DNA of 64,000 nt from an uncultured Bacilli bacterium. GTDB taxonomy: Bacteria > Bacillota_I > Bacilli_A > RF39 > UBA660. Under the pieces are notes generated by a model. It ran no database searches, was not told the origin of the DNA, and worked only from the letters and a program-made list of their open reading frames with translations. This document shows positions 12,152 to 22,252 of this stretch, one piece after another. The DNA is taken from the NCBI GenBank assembly GCA_944358535.1, contig CALVRH010000002.1:27840-91839 (forward strand), written 5' to 3'. Position numbers and translations under genes: made by a program. Every line of letters starts with the position of its first letter. Within the stretch, counting starts at the first letter, position 1.

Positions 12152-13273
12152 TTAATAAGTTCTTATAGGTAAAATCAATTGTATTAAGTCATCACTTAAT
12201 GGGTTTCTTAATATAATAGGTTTGATTTCTCCGTTGAACATTAGTTCTATTTCTTCAGATTCTAATGATTTTACAGCGTCCATCATGAATTTAGAATTAA
12301 AAGCTATTTTGATTTCACTATCATTATTTTTTTCTACAGTAATTTTTTCTTCAACATTGCCAATTTCAGGAATATTTGATGAAATAACAGCTATGTCATT
12401 ATTTGTTTCAAATTTTATAGTGTTTTTATCACTTTCATTAGTAAGTAATGAAGCTCTATCGATGGCACTATATAGATTATCATATTTAACTTTCATAGTT
12501 AATTCATAAGTGTCTGGAATTAGTTTTGATGTATCAGGGTAGGTGCCACTGATTAATCTAGTCATCATGACTATTTCATTAAATTTAAAAACTACTTTGT
12601 TTGCGAATATATGCATTTCAATATTTTCTTCATCTTCAGTCATTAGTTTTACTAATTCATTTAAGTTTTTATTTGGAATAACAATATTTGAGTTTTCCAC
12701 AGCTTTGTTTTCTAATGTAATTGTTTTAACAGCTAATCTATATGAATCAGTAGCAGTACATTTTAAAATGTTTTCATCAATTTTAAAGTTTATACCAGTT
12801 AATATTGGTCTTGTTTCACTAATTGAAGTAGCGAATGATGTTTGATTTATAATTGTTTTAAATAATTTTTGTTTTAAAATAATGGGGTTTTGATTAAATT
12901 CTAATTCTAGATCTGGAAATTCATTTACATTACTACAATTTAAAGTAAATGAAGAATTTTTAGTTGTTATGTATAATTTTGAATCAATTACTTCTTCTAA
13001 ATTTATTATTTCGTCTGGTAGTTTTTTTATTATTTCATATATATATCTACCTGATACAACTATTTCTCCAGTTGTATCAATTTTATTGATATTTTTTTTA
13101 TTAATAAATGTTTTAATAGAGATTTCACTATCGGTACTCATTAAATATAATCCTTCATCGGTTAATTCAAATTTTATACAGTTTAATATAGGTCTTAAAT
13201 TTTTTGTTGATATTCCTCTTATGACATAGTTTAAATGTTCTAAAAGTATATTTTGTTTAATTTCTAATTTCAT
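12152..13273 (-). CDS. dnaN: DNA polymerase III subunit beta (sliding clamp)
   Basis: 373 aa with three-domain clamp pattern and C-terminus LILPIRTY. Directly downstream of dnaA. Confidence 0.95.
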   Translation of the reverse strand: MKLEIKQNILLEHLNYVIRGISTKNLRPILNCIKFELTDEGLYLMSTDSEISIKTFINKKNINKIDTTGEIVVSGRYIYEIIKKLPDEIINLEEVIDSKLYITTKNSSFTLNCSNVNEFPDLELEFNQNPIILKQKLFKTIINQTSFATSISETRPILTGINFKIDENILKCTATDSYRLAVKTITLENKAVENSNIVIPNKNLNELVKLMTEDEENIEMHIFANKVVFKFNEIVMMTRLISGTYPDTSKLIPDTYELTMKVKYDNLYSAIDRASLLTNESDKNTIKFETNNDIAVISSNIPEIGNVEEKITVEKNNDSEIKIAFNSKFMMDAVKSLESEEIELMFNGEIKPIILRNPLSDDLIQLILPIRTY

Positions 13274-13329
13274 TAAAAATCACTCCTTTTATTTATTATT
13301 TATGTTTATTTTTTATTATTAATGTTCAT

Positions 13330-13410
13330 AAGTGTGGAAAAGTGTAATTTTACACCATAAATAAAGGTGTTTTACACTGTTTATAAAATGTGGAAAAGTG
13401 TGGATATTTT
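13330..13410. other. oriC part 2: DnaA-box cluster in the dnaA-dnaN spacer
   Basis: TGTGGAAAA at 13333-13341 and 13389-13397, TGTGGATAT at 13399-13407, in an AT-rich 150-bp spacer. Confidence 0.75.
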
Positions 13411-13422
13411 TATTTTTTTCCA

Positions 13423-14766
13423 CTACTTAATTTGATTTACTATTTTTGAAATTTCTACTTCAAGATTTTTATCTTTTTTTAGTTCTCTTTTTATTTTAGC
13501 AACTGAGTGCATTACTGTTGTATGATCTTTTCCACCAAATTCACTACCTATTTTTGGTAATGATTCTTTTAAATATACTCTACATATATACATACCTATT
13601 TGTCTTGGTACAGATATTTTGGATAATCTTTTTTTAGATTTTATATCTTCTACAGTAATGTTGTAATTGTTAGCTACTAACTGTATTACTTGATCTATTT
13701 TATTTCTAGATATTATGTTTTTTCCAATGTAATCTTTTAGAGCTTCAACGGCAAGCTCAAGAGTTATTTCAGATCCATTCATTATAGTAGCATAAGCAAA
13801 TACTCTAGTCAAAGCACCTTCTAATTTTCTGATGTCTGTGGTGCAGTTATTTGCGATATATTCTTTTACTTCTTCAGGTACATAACTTCCAATTCCTTGT
13901 GCTTCTATTTTTTTATCGAGTATTGCCATTCTTAGTTTAAAGTCAGGTGGTAAAATATCTATTGTTAATCCCCAATTGAATCTAGTTCTTAGTCTTTCTT
14001 CTAATTTTTTTAAATCATCTGGTGATCTATCAGAAGATATTATTATTTGTTTGTTTTTATTATGTAGTTCGTTAAAAGTGTTGAAAAATTCTTGTTGGGT
14101 TTTACTAGCTATTTCAAGGTATTGAATATCGTCAATCATGAGGACATCAATGTCACGGTATTTTCTTTTAAAGTTATCCACAGCTTTGAAATTACTTGTT
14201 TCATTTTTTCTATATATATTAAGAAAATCATCAACAAATTTTTCACTTGTTACGTATAAAACTTTTTTATTTGATGTAGATACTATATAGTTACCTATGG
14301 CATGCATTAGGTGAGTTTTTCCTAAACCGCTACTACCGTATATAAATAGTGGATTGTACATAGCACCTGGTTTTTCTGCAACAGCAAGTCCAATAGCTTT
14401 TGCAAATTTATTACTTTCTCCTGAAATAAAGTTATCAAAATTATATTTACTATCTAAGCCACTTTCAAATGTTGCTTCATTGTTATCAGTTATTTCTGTT
14501 TGAGGTTTATCTTCGGTTACTTCTTCTGGGGTAACATATTTAAATTTGAAGATAGATCCAGTTACTTCCATAAATGTTTCTTTTATTATGTCGCTATAGT
14601 TTTCTTGCAGATGTTTTTTATGTACATCTAGCGGTACTTCTACTATTGCATATTCGTTATTTAAATCAATTAATTTTGTGTCTTGAAACCATGTTTGATA
14701 TAAAACTGGTTTTAATTTTATCTCTATTTTAGATAAAAAAACGGACCAAATACTTTCTAAATCCAT
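13423..14766 (-). CDS. dnaA: chromosomal replication initiator protein DnaA
   Basis: Walker A GSSGLGKTHL, Walker B MIDDIQYL and C-terminal DNA-binding signature HTTVMHSVAKI. ATG at 14766 (MDLESIWS) chosen over the longer ORF-track start. Confidence 0.95.
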   Translation of the reverse strand: MDLESIWSVFLSKIEIKLKPVLYQTWFQDTKLIDLNNEYAIVEVPLDVHKKHLQENYSDIIKETFMEVTGSIFKFKYVTPEEVTEDKPQTEITDNNEATFESGLDSKYNFDNFISGESNKFAKAIGLAVAEKPGAMYNPLFIYGSSGLGKTHLMHAIGNYIVSTSNKKVLYVTSEKFVDDFLNIYRKNETSNFKAVDNFKRKYRDIDVLMIDDIQYLEIASKTQQEFFNTFNELHNKNKQIIISSDRSPDDLKKLEERLRTRFNWGLTIDILPPDFKLRMAILDKKIEAQGIGSYVPEEVKEYIANNCTTDIRKLEGALTRVFAYATIMNGSEITLELAVEALKDYIGKNIISRNKIDQVIQLVANNYNITVEDIKSKKRLSKISVPRQIGMYICRVYLKESLPKIGSEFGGKDHTTVMHSVAKIKRELKKDKNLEVEISKIVNQIK

Positions 14767-14835
14767 ACTACTACCCCCAATGGTTATAAACAATCTATAA
14801 ACATTTTACATTATTTTTACGTTTTTTTCTATAAA

Positions 14836-15064
14836 AACTGTGGAAAAAGATAAAAAAAATTATTAACAGGTTTTTTTTGTCGAAATTTAGGGGTTTTTGT
14901 AAAATTTCCACATATTATGTGGATAATTATTTTTGCACATTTGTGCATAAGTTTTTATTTTACACATATGTTGAAAAATAGTAAAAATGGTTTATAATAT
15001 AGGACTAACTTATGTGGAAATGTAATGTGAATAAAAGTTGAAAATATTTTACTGTGGAAAACTT
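14836..15064. other. oriC part 1: DnaA-box cluster upstream of dnaA
   Basis: TGTGGAAAA at 14839-14847 and 15053-15061, ATTTCCACA at 14904-14912, consensus TGTGGATAA (TTATCCACA) at 14918-14926, TGTGGAAAT at 15013-15021. A very AT-rich stretch follows. Confidence 0.8.
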
Positions 15065-15132
15065 AAATATTGATTTTTTGATAATTTTTTGATATAATTG
15101 TGGCAATTTTTATTATAATTTAGGTTTTTAAA

Positions 15133-15161
15133 TTGACAAATGTTAGTTTTATCTATATAAT
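15133..15161 (+). promoter_or_regulatory. sigma-A type promoter of rpmH
   Basis: TTGACA (15133-15138), 17-bp spacer, TATAAT (15156-15161), about 40 bp upstream of rpmH. Confidence 0.6.
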
Positions 15162-15200
15162 TTATAAAGCGATATGAATTTATGTAGGAGGTGTATATAG

Positions 15201-15326
15201 ATGTCTAAAAGAACGTTTCAACCAAATACTCGCAAGAGAAGTAAAAAAATGGGATTTTTTGCGCGAATGAAAGCTGGTATTGTAAGTAGAAGAAGAAATA
15301 AAGGCCGCAAGGTATTATCTCATTAA
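15201..15326 (+). CDS. rpmH: 50S ribosomal protein L34
   Basis: Not in the ORF track because it is short. Translates to [41 protein letters not shown], preceded by AGGAGG. Confidence 0.95.
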   Translation: MSKRTFQPNTRKRSKKMGFFARMKAGIVSRRRNKGRKVLSH

Positions 15327-15329
15327 TTT

Positions 15330-15358
15330 GCCACTGCTGGTGTTGCAGTGGCTTTATT
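15330..15358 (+). terminator. hairpin after rpmH (possible attenuating terminator)
   Basis: GCCACTGC-loop-GCAGTGGC followed by TTTATT. Confidence 0.45.
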
Positions 15359-15379
15359 AGTAATTTATAAGGTTACTTT

Positions 15380-15724
15380 ATGAAGAAAATTAATATTGTT
15401 AAAGAAAATCGAGATTTTAATCGAATTATTAAAAATAATAGGCCTTTTAAGTATAAAGATTATATTATATATATAGATAAAAGGGAGCCTTCTATTTATA
15501 AATTTGGCTTTTCTGTAGGAAAAAAAGTTGGAAATGCGGTTACTAGAAATCGAGTAAAAAGACAAATAAAGAATATTGTTTCCCAAAATGACTATCAAAA
15601 TGATTTTGATTGTATTATAATAGTTGGTAAGGGAATATTAAGTCGAAGTTTTAGTGAAATGCGTGAAAATTTAAATTATGCTTTAAAAAAATTGAAATTA
15701 GTAAAGGAGCGAAAAGATGCGTAA
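15380..15724 (+). CDS. rnpA: ribonuclease P protein component
   Basis: 114 aa, basic, with RNR motif AVTRNRVKRQIKN. Conserved rpmH-rnpA-yidC order. Confidence 0.9.
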   Translation: MKKINIVKENRDFNRIIKNNRPFKYKDYIIYIDKREPSIYKFGFSVGKKVGNAVTRNRVKRQIKNIVSQNDYQNDFDCIIIVGKGILSRSFSEMRENLNYALKKLKLVKERKDA

Positions 15725-16733
15725 AAAATTAGGACTGATATTTATAATTGCAATTTTGACTTTATCTTTATCTGGATGTACGACTTATGTTAAGGATAAA
15801 GATGGTAACCCAGTTAAGGAGACAACGACTGGGCAGACACTTGCTGAAAATATACTTTGTAAGCCAACAAATGAAGATGTACTAAAAACTTATAAGAAAA
15901 ATAAGGTCGATATTGAAGATTTACCTAAGTGTTCTGATTTTACTCCAACATCTGGTGATTATGGTGGTTTATGGGAAACAATTTTTATTAAACCTTTAAG
16001 TTGGTTTATTATTAAGATTGGTGAATTTCTTGGAAATTATGGTGTGGCAATTATTGCTGTTACTTTAATTATTCGTTTGGTTATTTTTCCAATTAGTAAA
16101 AAGTCAGCACTTCAATCTGAAAATATGAGGTTTGCTCAAAAGGATTTAGAAAAACTTGAAAGAAAATATCGTGGTCGTGAAAGTCAAGAAGATCAAATGA
16201 TGAAAGCGCAAGAAATGATGGGAATTTATAAGAAATATGATATTAATCCAATGGCTGGTTGTTTATTTGCGTTTATTCAAATGCCACTTTTCTTTGCCTT
16301 TTTGGAAAGTTTAAATAGATTACCTATTGTTTTTGAGGGTAAGTTTTTGGGATTTAATTTAGGTATGAGTCCTTTTGTTAGATTATTTGGAGGAAGTTTT
16401 GATTTTTCAGCATTTGCAGATAGTTTTACTAATGGTGGTTGGATTTATTTATTACTTCCAATTTTAGTAGGACTTACAACATTCTTCTCATTTAAGTTAA
16501 ATTCTGGTGTTAGTGGTGGAAGTGAAGAACAACAACATCAAATGAAGACTATGATGAATGTAATGCTTGTATTTATTGTAATTACTTCATTTACAATGCC
16601 AACAAGTATTATTATATATTGGATAACTGGTAGTTTATTTACTATTGTTCAAGCTGAAATTATTAGGAGGATGAAAGAAAATGCTAAAGGTGGTACAAAA
16701 CGAATCAAAAAACAAAGAAGAAGCGTTAACTAG
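15717..16733 (+). CDS. yidC: membrane protein insertase YidC/SpoIIIJ (lipoprotein form)
   Basis: Lipobox LSLSGC, five hydrophobic helices and a basic C-terminal tail KRIKKQRR. Confidence 0.9.
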   Translation: MRKKLGLIFIIAILTLSLSGCTTYVKDKDGNPVKETTTGQTLAENILCKPTNEDVLKTYKKNKVDIEDLPKCSDFTPTSGDYGGLWETIFIKPLSWFIIKIGEFLGNYGVAIIAVTLIIRLVIFPISKKSALQSENMRFAQKDLEKLERKYRGRESQEDQMMKAQEMMGIYKKYDINPMAGCLFAFIQMPLFFAFLESLNRLPIVFEGKFLGFNLGMSPFVRLFGGSFDFSAFADSFTNGGWIYLLLPILVGLTTFFSFKLNSGVSGGSEEQQHQMKTMMNVMLVFIVITSFTMPTSIIIYWITGSLFTIVQAEIIRRMKENAKGGTKRIKKQRRSVN

Positions 16734-17295
16734 GTGTTTGGAAGAGTTAAATGTTAATTCTAATGAGGTTTATTATTATATAGAAGAAGGAGAAGTGGGA
16801 CTTTTTGGCAAGAAAAAATATATTGCTTATGTTGTTACTAGATATGATGTAAAAATTTATGTAAAAGAATTTTTAAATGAGCTTGCTAAAAAAATGAATA
16901 CATCATTTAATGTAGAAGTAAATGAAAATGATGGGATTATTTCTGCTATTATAGTAACTGATGATAGTTCAGTTATGATTGGAAAAGAAGGAAAAAATTT
17001 AAATGCTATTCAAACGATTTTAAGGCAATCGCTTAGAAAATATGGTAATTTTGATATTAAGGTTAATTTAGATATTTCTGGTTATAAAGCTAAAAGACAA
17101 AAAAATATTGAAAGAGAAGTTAGAAAAATAGCAAAAGAGGTTTTAAAAACTAAGATTGAGGCTAAGTTAGATCCGATGAATTCTTACGAGAGAAGAATTG
17201 TTCACACTATAATTTCTGAATATGATAATTTAGCTACTCAAAGTGAAGGTGAAGCTCCTAATAGATATGTAGTTATTAAGATTAAGGAAGATTAA
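16681..17295 (+). CDS. jag: RNA-binding protein Jag/KhpB (Jag_N-KH-R3H)
   Basis: 204 aa with R3H motif NSYERRIVHTII. ATG follows AGGAGGA. Overlaps the yidC tail in another frame. Confidence 0.85.
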   Translation: MLKVVQNESKNKEEALTRCLEELNVNSNEVYYYIEEGEVGLFGKKKYIAYVVTRYDVKIYVKEFLNELAKKMNTSFNVEVNENDGIISAIIVTDDSSVMIGKEGKNLNAIQTILRQSLRKYGNFDIKVNLDISGYKAKRQKNIEREVRKIAKEVLKTKIEAKLDPMNSYERRIVHTIISEYDNLATQSEGEAPNRYVVIKIKED

Positions 17296-17324
17296 GTTCT
17301 TTCTTTTTTTCTTTTTAAAAAGAC

Positions 17325-17561
17325 TTAGATATCTTTTCTATCTAAGTCTTTGGCAGTAAATTCCTCTCCAGTAAGGTTATTTTTGAAGTATATAGAATAG
17401 TCGCAAAGTCCGGCTATTTTTTCGATGGTTTCAAAAGTTGGATTTCTTTGACCTTTTTCGTACTGTGTAATGGTATTTCCTTTTACTTTAATCATTTGAC
17501 CTAGGACTTCTTGTTTATATTTCTTTTGTTTTCTCATATATCTGATTACTTTTCCAATCAT
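17325..17561 (-). CDS. XRE-family helix-turn-helix transcriptional regulator
   Basis: 78 aa with HTH QEVLGQMIKVKGNTITQYEKGQRNP. Divergent from 17684. Confidence 0.8.
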   Translation of the reverse strand: MIGKVIRYMRKQKKYKQEVLGQMIKVKGNTITQYEKGQRNPTFETIEKIAGLCDYSIYFKNNLTGEEFTAKDLDRKDI

Positions 17562-17579
17562 TTAAATCACCAACAAAAT

Positions 17580-17662
17580 TATCTCATTTTGTGATATTTT
17601 CTTATTGACAACTCACAAAATGTGAGTTAATATATTAGTAAGATAAACTCACAAATTGTGAT
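17580..17662 (+). promoter_or_regulatory. promoter with three related operator palindromes
   Basis: TTGACA 17605-17610, 17 bp, TAATAT 17628-17633. The spacer is filled by the palindrome AACTCACAAAATGTGAGTT (17610-17628). Related sites are ACTCACAAATTGTGAT (17647-17662) and ATCTCATTTTGTGATAT (17581-17597). Confidence 0.6.
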
Positions 17663-17683
17663 TTTTGTATGAGGTGAAGATTA

Positions 17684-18613
17684 ATGAGAGTGATTAAAAA
17701 ATTTTTAAAGAATAATATTTTTTGTTTTATATTAGGAGCATTTATATTTGGAGTTATCGGAGTATCAGCGGCTACTTATTTTGCAAGTAGTAATGTTACT
17801 TATGATAATAGTGAAAGTGGTCTTTTAAGTACAGATGTACAGGGTGCGATAGACGAACTTTATGATGTTTTTAATAATACAACAATTTCTGGAGCTGGTG
17901 GCGAGATAATAGATAAATCTAATATAGTTAATTCTGGTGATGGGTTATATGCTGAAGATAAATATGTTTATAAAGGAGCTAATCCTAATAATTATATAAC
18001 GTTTAATGGGGAAAAAGCCGGCTGGCGAATAATATCTATCGAAACAGATGGAACAATAAAAATAATTAAAAGAACAACTTTATATGCTTTAAAGTGGGGC
18101 AGTAATCATGGTGATGCTGATTGGAGTACTTCTTACTTAAAAGAATATTTTAATACAACATATTATAATAGTCTTACTAGTGCTGCAAAACAACAGATAA
18201 TATCAAGTTATTGGCCACCTAGTGGTATGACTGGAAAAATTGTAAAAGATAAAATTGCATTATTTACAGTTCCTGAGTATTTAAGGGCAAATAGTAATGT
18301 AAGTCAATGTGGTACGGGTTTTTTGAATAGTCAAAATTCCAGCACATGTAAAAATACAAATTGGATATATAATATGATACTTAACGATACTACTAGGATT
18401 GGTTATTGGGTATGGACTTTGACTACTTGGATGAATGTAGATTCTGAACTTTATGGCTATGTTTATAGATTAAATGTTCCATCTGGAAATTTTACGGTAG
18501 ATTTATCAGTAAATGCTAATTCTTATGTGTATCCTGTTCTTTACCTTTCGTCAGATATTAAAATTACTGGTGGAAACGGTTCACAAAATAATCCATATGA
18601 AATTTCTTTATAA
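17684..18613 (+). CDS. secreted or membrane-anchored protein of unknown function
   Basis: 309 aa with N-terminal signal/anchor ending VSA-A, then NVTYDNSESGLLSTDVQGAIDELY and a Trp/Tyr-rich domain. Confidence 0.5.
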   Translation: MRVIKKFLKNNIFCFILGAFIFGVIGVSAATYFASSNVTYDNSESGLLSTDVQGAIDELYDVFNNTTISGAGGEIIDKSNIVNSGDGLYAEDKYVYKGANPNNYITFNGEKAGWRIISIETDGTIKIIKRTTLYALKWGSNHGDADWSTSYLKEYFNTTYYNSLTSAAKQQIISSYWPPSGMTGKIVKDKIALFTVPEYLRANSNVSQCGTGFLNSQNSSTCKNTNWIYNMILNDTTRIGYWVWTLTTWMNVDSELYGYVYRLNVPSGNFTVDLSVNANSYVYPVLYLSSDIKITGGNGSQNNPYEISL

Positions 18614-18740
18614 AAAGGCTAATTATATACAACAATGTATATTTTAGTCTTTTTTATTTGTAAAGAAGATAGTAAATTTTTCTTTGTGTGTTTAAATACG
18701 TTTAGTGATGTGTTATTATTTATAATAGGGGGAGTTGGTT

Positions 18741-20222
18741 ATGAAAAAGGGTTTTAATAATGAAAAGTATGTAGAAATACAAAGTAAAAGAATAAAGGAG
18801 AAAATAAAGGAGTTTGATAAGCTTTATTTAGAATTTGGAGGTAAATTATTTGACGATTATCATGCTTCGAGAGTTTTACCTGGTTTTGAACCAGATTCTA
18901 AAATAAAGATGCTTTGTGAGCTTAAAAAGATTACGGAAATAATTATTTGTATTAATGCTAAGGATATAGAAAGAAAGAAAATTCGGGCTGATTATGGTAT
19001 TACTTATGATATGGAAGTTTTGAGATTAATTGATGAGTTTCAAAATTTAGGATTATCTGTTAATAGTGTAGTTATTACTTTATATACGGGCAAGGAAAGC
19101 TCTAAGAAGTTTATTAATCAACTTGAAAAAAGAGGTGTTAAGACTTATGTCCATACACCTACTAAAGGTTATCCAACTGATGTTGATGTAATTGTTAGTG
19201 ATGAGGGTTATGGGGCTAATCCTTATATTAAAACGACTAAAAAATTAGTTGTTGTTACGGCTCCTGGTCCTTCTAGTGGTAAATTGGCTACTTGTTTATC
19301 TCAGCTTTATCATGAATATAAAAAGGGAGTTAAGGCTGGTTATGCGAAGTATGAGACTTTTCCTGTTTGGAATTTACCTTTAAAACATCCTGTTAATGTG
19401 GCTTATGAAGCGGCAACTGCTGATTTAAAGGATGTTAATATGATTGACTCTTTTCATTTAGAGAAATATGGAATTACTTCGGTTAATTATAATCGTGATT
19501 TAGCTGTATTTCCGGTGCTTAAAGCGATACTTTATAAGATTACGGGAAAAGATATATATTATTCGCCAACTGATATGGGTGTTAATATGATAGGTTTTTG
19601 TATTGATGATGATGAGGTTATTCGCATGGCTAGCAGGCAAGAAATTATTCGAAGGTATTATAAAGCTTTTTGTGATTATAAGACTGGTGATGCAGAAGAA
19701 GATGTATATAAGAGAATTAGGCTTTTGATGAACGAATTAGAAATTGATCCTTTGAAGGAAAGGCCGGTTATAAAAGTGGCTAGAGAAAAAAGTAGTTTGG
19801 AAGATTTACCGGTTATTGCGTTAGAACTTGGTAATGGAAAAATTATTACTGGTAAAAAGACTGAGCTTTTAAGTCCGGCTAGTAGTTTAATTTTAAATGC
19901 GATAAAGGCGCTTAATAAGATACCGGATGATGTTGATTTGCTTTCTAAATCAGTACTTGAGCCTATTTTAAAGTTAAAACCACTTAGTAATCACTCATCG
20001 AAATCATTAAATTTAGAGGAGGTTCTTATTACTTTAAGTATTTGCTCAGTTACTAATCCAATTATTAAAAAGGCTTTAAAGAATTTGAATAAGTTATCAG
20101 GGTTAGAGGCGCATGCATCTTTTATGGTTTATAATGGAGATTTGAATACTTTAAAGAGGCTTAATATTAATTTAACATGTGACCCAGTATTTTATTCGAG
20201 TAATTTATTTATGAGTGAGTAA
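18741..20222 (+). CDS. UPF0371/DUF1846 family protein
   Basis: About 493 aa. N-terminus FNNEKYVEIQSKRI...LYLEFGGKLFDDYHASRVLPGFEPD is characteristic of DUF1846. ATG at 18741 follows GGGGGAG. Confidence 0.65.
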   Translation: MKKGFNNEKYVEIQSKRIKEKIKEFDKLYLEFGGKLFDDYHASRVLPGFEPDSKIKMLCELKKITEIIICINAKDIERKKIRADYGITYDMEVLRLIDEFQNLGLSVNSVVITLYTGKESSKKFINQLEKRGVKTYVHTPTKGYPTDVDVIVSDEGYGANPYIKTTKKLVVVTAPGPSSGKLATCLSQLYHEYKKGVKAGYAKYETFPVWNLPLKHPVNVAYEAATADLKDVNMIDSFHLEKYGITSVNYNRDLAVFPVLKAILYKITGKDIYYSPTDMGVNMIGFCIDDDEVIRMASRQEIIRRYYKAFCDYKTGDAEEDVYKRIRLLMNELEIDPLKERPVIKVAREKSSLEDLPVIALELGNGKIITGKKTELLSPASSLILNAIKALNKIPDDVDLLSKSVLEPILKLKPLSNHSSKSLNLEEVLITLSICSVTNPIIKKALKNLNKLSGLEAHASFMVYNGDLNTLKRLNINLTCDPVFYSSNLFMSE

Positions 20223-20280
20223 AAAACGGTAATTTATTTACTGTTTTTTGTGCTATAATATTTGAGAAAAGGAGCTAATT

Positions 20281-20832
20281 ATGAGAAAAAAAGATATTAC
20301 AAAAGAGCTTGTTCAAGATGAGGAGTTTTTGAAGATAGTGGCTCCGATACTTGGGTCGAGTGAATTTCAGAAGCGTAAAAATTGGGTTCACCATGAGAAT
20401 TGTTCTCTTTATGAACACTGTTTAGTTGTTTCATATTTGTCATATAGGATATGTAAAAAAAGACATTGGAGTTATAAAGATGCGGCAATTGGTGGTTTAC
20501 TTCATGATTTTTACAAAGAACCTTGGCAAGAACATATATACGATAAGGTACCTTTTTTTAAAAAACATGGTTTTGTACATGCGCATGAGGCAATGGAAAA
20601 TGCTTATAAGTTTTTTCCAGAGCTTATGAACGAGAGAATTGCGAATATAATTGAAAGACATATGTTTCCACTTAATATAATTCCGCCTAAATATAAGGAG
20701 GGATGGGTTGTAACTTATGCGGATAAGAGACTTTCAATGGATGTGGTAGTTAATATTAAGGCTTTACCTAAGTATTTAGGTTTGGCTCGTATGTTTTATA
20801 AGATTAAGAATTTTTTTAAGTTTGGTAGGTGA
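20281..20832 (+). CDS. HD-domain phosphohydrolase
   Basis: 183 aa with H...HD pattern (HCLVVSYL, LLHDFYK). Confidence 0.65.
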   Translation: MRKKDITKELVQDEEFLKIVAPILGSSEFQKRKNWVHHENCSLYEHCLVVSYLSYRICKKRHWSYKDAAIGGLLHDFYKEPWQEHIYDKVPFFKKHGFVHAHEAMENAYKFFPELMNERIANIIERHMFPLNIIPPKYKEGWVVTYADKRLSMDVVVNIKALPKYLGLARMFYKIKNFFKFGR

Positions 20833-20836
20833 TTTG

Positions 20837-22186
20837 ATGGAAGATACGATAGCGGCTATATCAACGGCACAAGGTGTTGGAGCGATATCTATTATTAGGG
20901 TTAGTGGACCCGAGGCTATTCAAATTGTCAGTAAGATTTTTTCTAATAAAAAGTTTTATGATGCTCCTAGTCATACTATTCATTATGGTTATATAATGGA
21001 TGGTGATGAGAAGATTGATGAGGTTTTAGTAACTATTATGAGGAGTCCTAAGACTTTTACTAAGGAAGATATTGTAGAGATAAATGCTCATGGTGGAATT
21101 ATGACTACTGATAAGATTTTAGAATTGTTATTAGTTAATGGATGTAGATTAGCGGAACCTGGAGAGTTTACTAAAAGAGCTTTTTTAAATGGACGAATTG
21201 ATTTAACAGAAGCTGAAGGTGTTATGGATTTAATTAATTCAAAGACGGATATATCTAGAAAAATAGCTTTAAATCAAGTTGGTGGTAAAGTATCTAATAT
21301 GATTAGTAGGCTTCGAGATGAACTTGCCGGTATAATTGCAAATATTGAGGTTAATATTGATTATCCAGAGTATGAAGATATTGAAGAGATGACAATTGAA
21401 AAGATTAATTCTAATTTAAGTGAACTTGAAGATAAAATAGATAAGATTTTGAAGGAAAGTAAGAATGGTGAGGTTTTAACACATGGTATTAAAACGGTGA
21501 TTATTGGTAAACCTAATGTTGGAAAAAGTAGTTTGCTTAATAGATTAATTGGTGAGGATAAGGCTATTGTTACGGATATTAGGGGAACGACACGTGATAG
21601 TGTTGAGGCTACTTTACGTGTAGATAATTTAATTTTAAATTTAATTGATACGGCGGGCATTAGAAAAACTGATGATGTTGTTGAAAGTATTGGGGTAGAC
21701 AAGAGTTTAAAATTAATAGATGAAGCTGATTTGATTTTATTTGTAGTTAATTATAATGAAAAATTAAGTGATGAAGATTTAGTTATTTTAGATAGATTAA
21801 AAGGTAAAAATTATATTACAATAGTGAATAAAACTGATTTAGAGAAGAAAATTGATGATGATAAGCTTTCTAACGTGGTTTATGTTAGTGCTTTAAATGA
21901 TAAAAACATTGATGAAATAGGTAATAAAATTAAGAAGTTATTTAATTTAGAGAAAATTGAAACAACTGATTTAACTTATTTAACTAGTGCGAGAAGTCAA
22001 TCTATTTTAAGAAAGGTTTTAGGAAGTGTTAAAGCAGTTAGAAAAGGTATAGAAGAAAATTATCCTATCGATATGGTGGAAATTGATTTAAAGGATATAT
22101 GGAATTTACTTGGCGAGATAATTGGTGAGAGTTATGATGAGGAATTATTAGATCAATTATTTAGTAGATTTTGTGTTGGTAAGTAA
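20837..22186 (+). CDS. mnmE: tRNA modification GTPase MnmE
   Basis: G1 GKPNVGKSS, G3 DTAGIR, G4 NKTD and C-terminal FCVGK. Confidence 0.95.
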   Translation: MEDTIAAISTAQGVGAISIIRVSGPEAIQIVSKIFSNKKFYDAPSHTIHYGYIMDGDEKIDEVLVTIMRSPKTFTKEDIVEINAHGGIMTTDKILELLLVNGCRLAEPGEFTKRAFLNGRIDLTEAEGVMDLINSKTDISRKIALNQVGGKVSNMISRLRDELAGIIANIEVNIDYPEYEDIEEMTIEKINSNLSELEDKIDKILKESKNGEVLTHGIKTVIIGKPNVGKSSLLNRLIGEDKAIVTDIRGTTRDSVEATLRVDNLILNLIDTAGIRKTDDVVESIGVDKSLKLIDEADLILFVVNYNEKLSDEDLVILDRLKGKNYITIVNKTDLEKKIDDDKLSNVVYVSALNDKNIDEIGNKIKKLFNLEKIETTDLTYLTSARSQSILRKVLGSVKAVRKGIEENYPIDMVEIDLKDIWNLLGEIIGESYDEELLDQLFSRFCVGK

Positions 22187-22252
22187 AATATTTTATTTGA
22201 CTAAAGTGTTTCTCTGATGTAGAATTAACTCTAGTATTTGGTGGTGATTTAT

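Noticed and set aside
20297-20629. Short ORFs overlapping the HD-domain gene, and similar ones at 25037, 25738, 26838, 27097, 27817, 33910, 36204, 45452, 50665, 54935, 55744, 57333, 60349 and 61629
   Set aside because: All are nested in or antisense to longer ORFs with recognisable domains. None has independent support.
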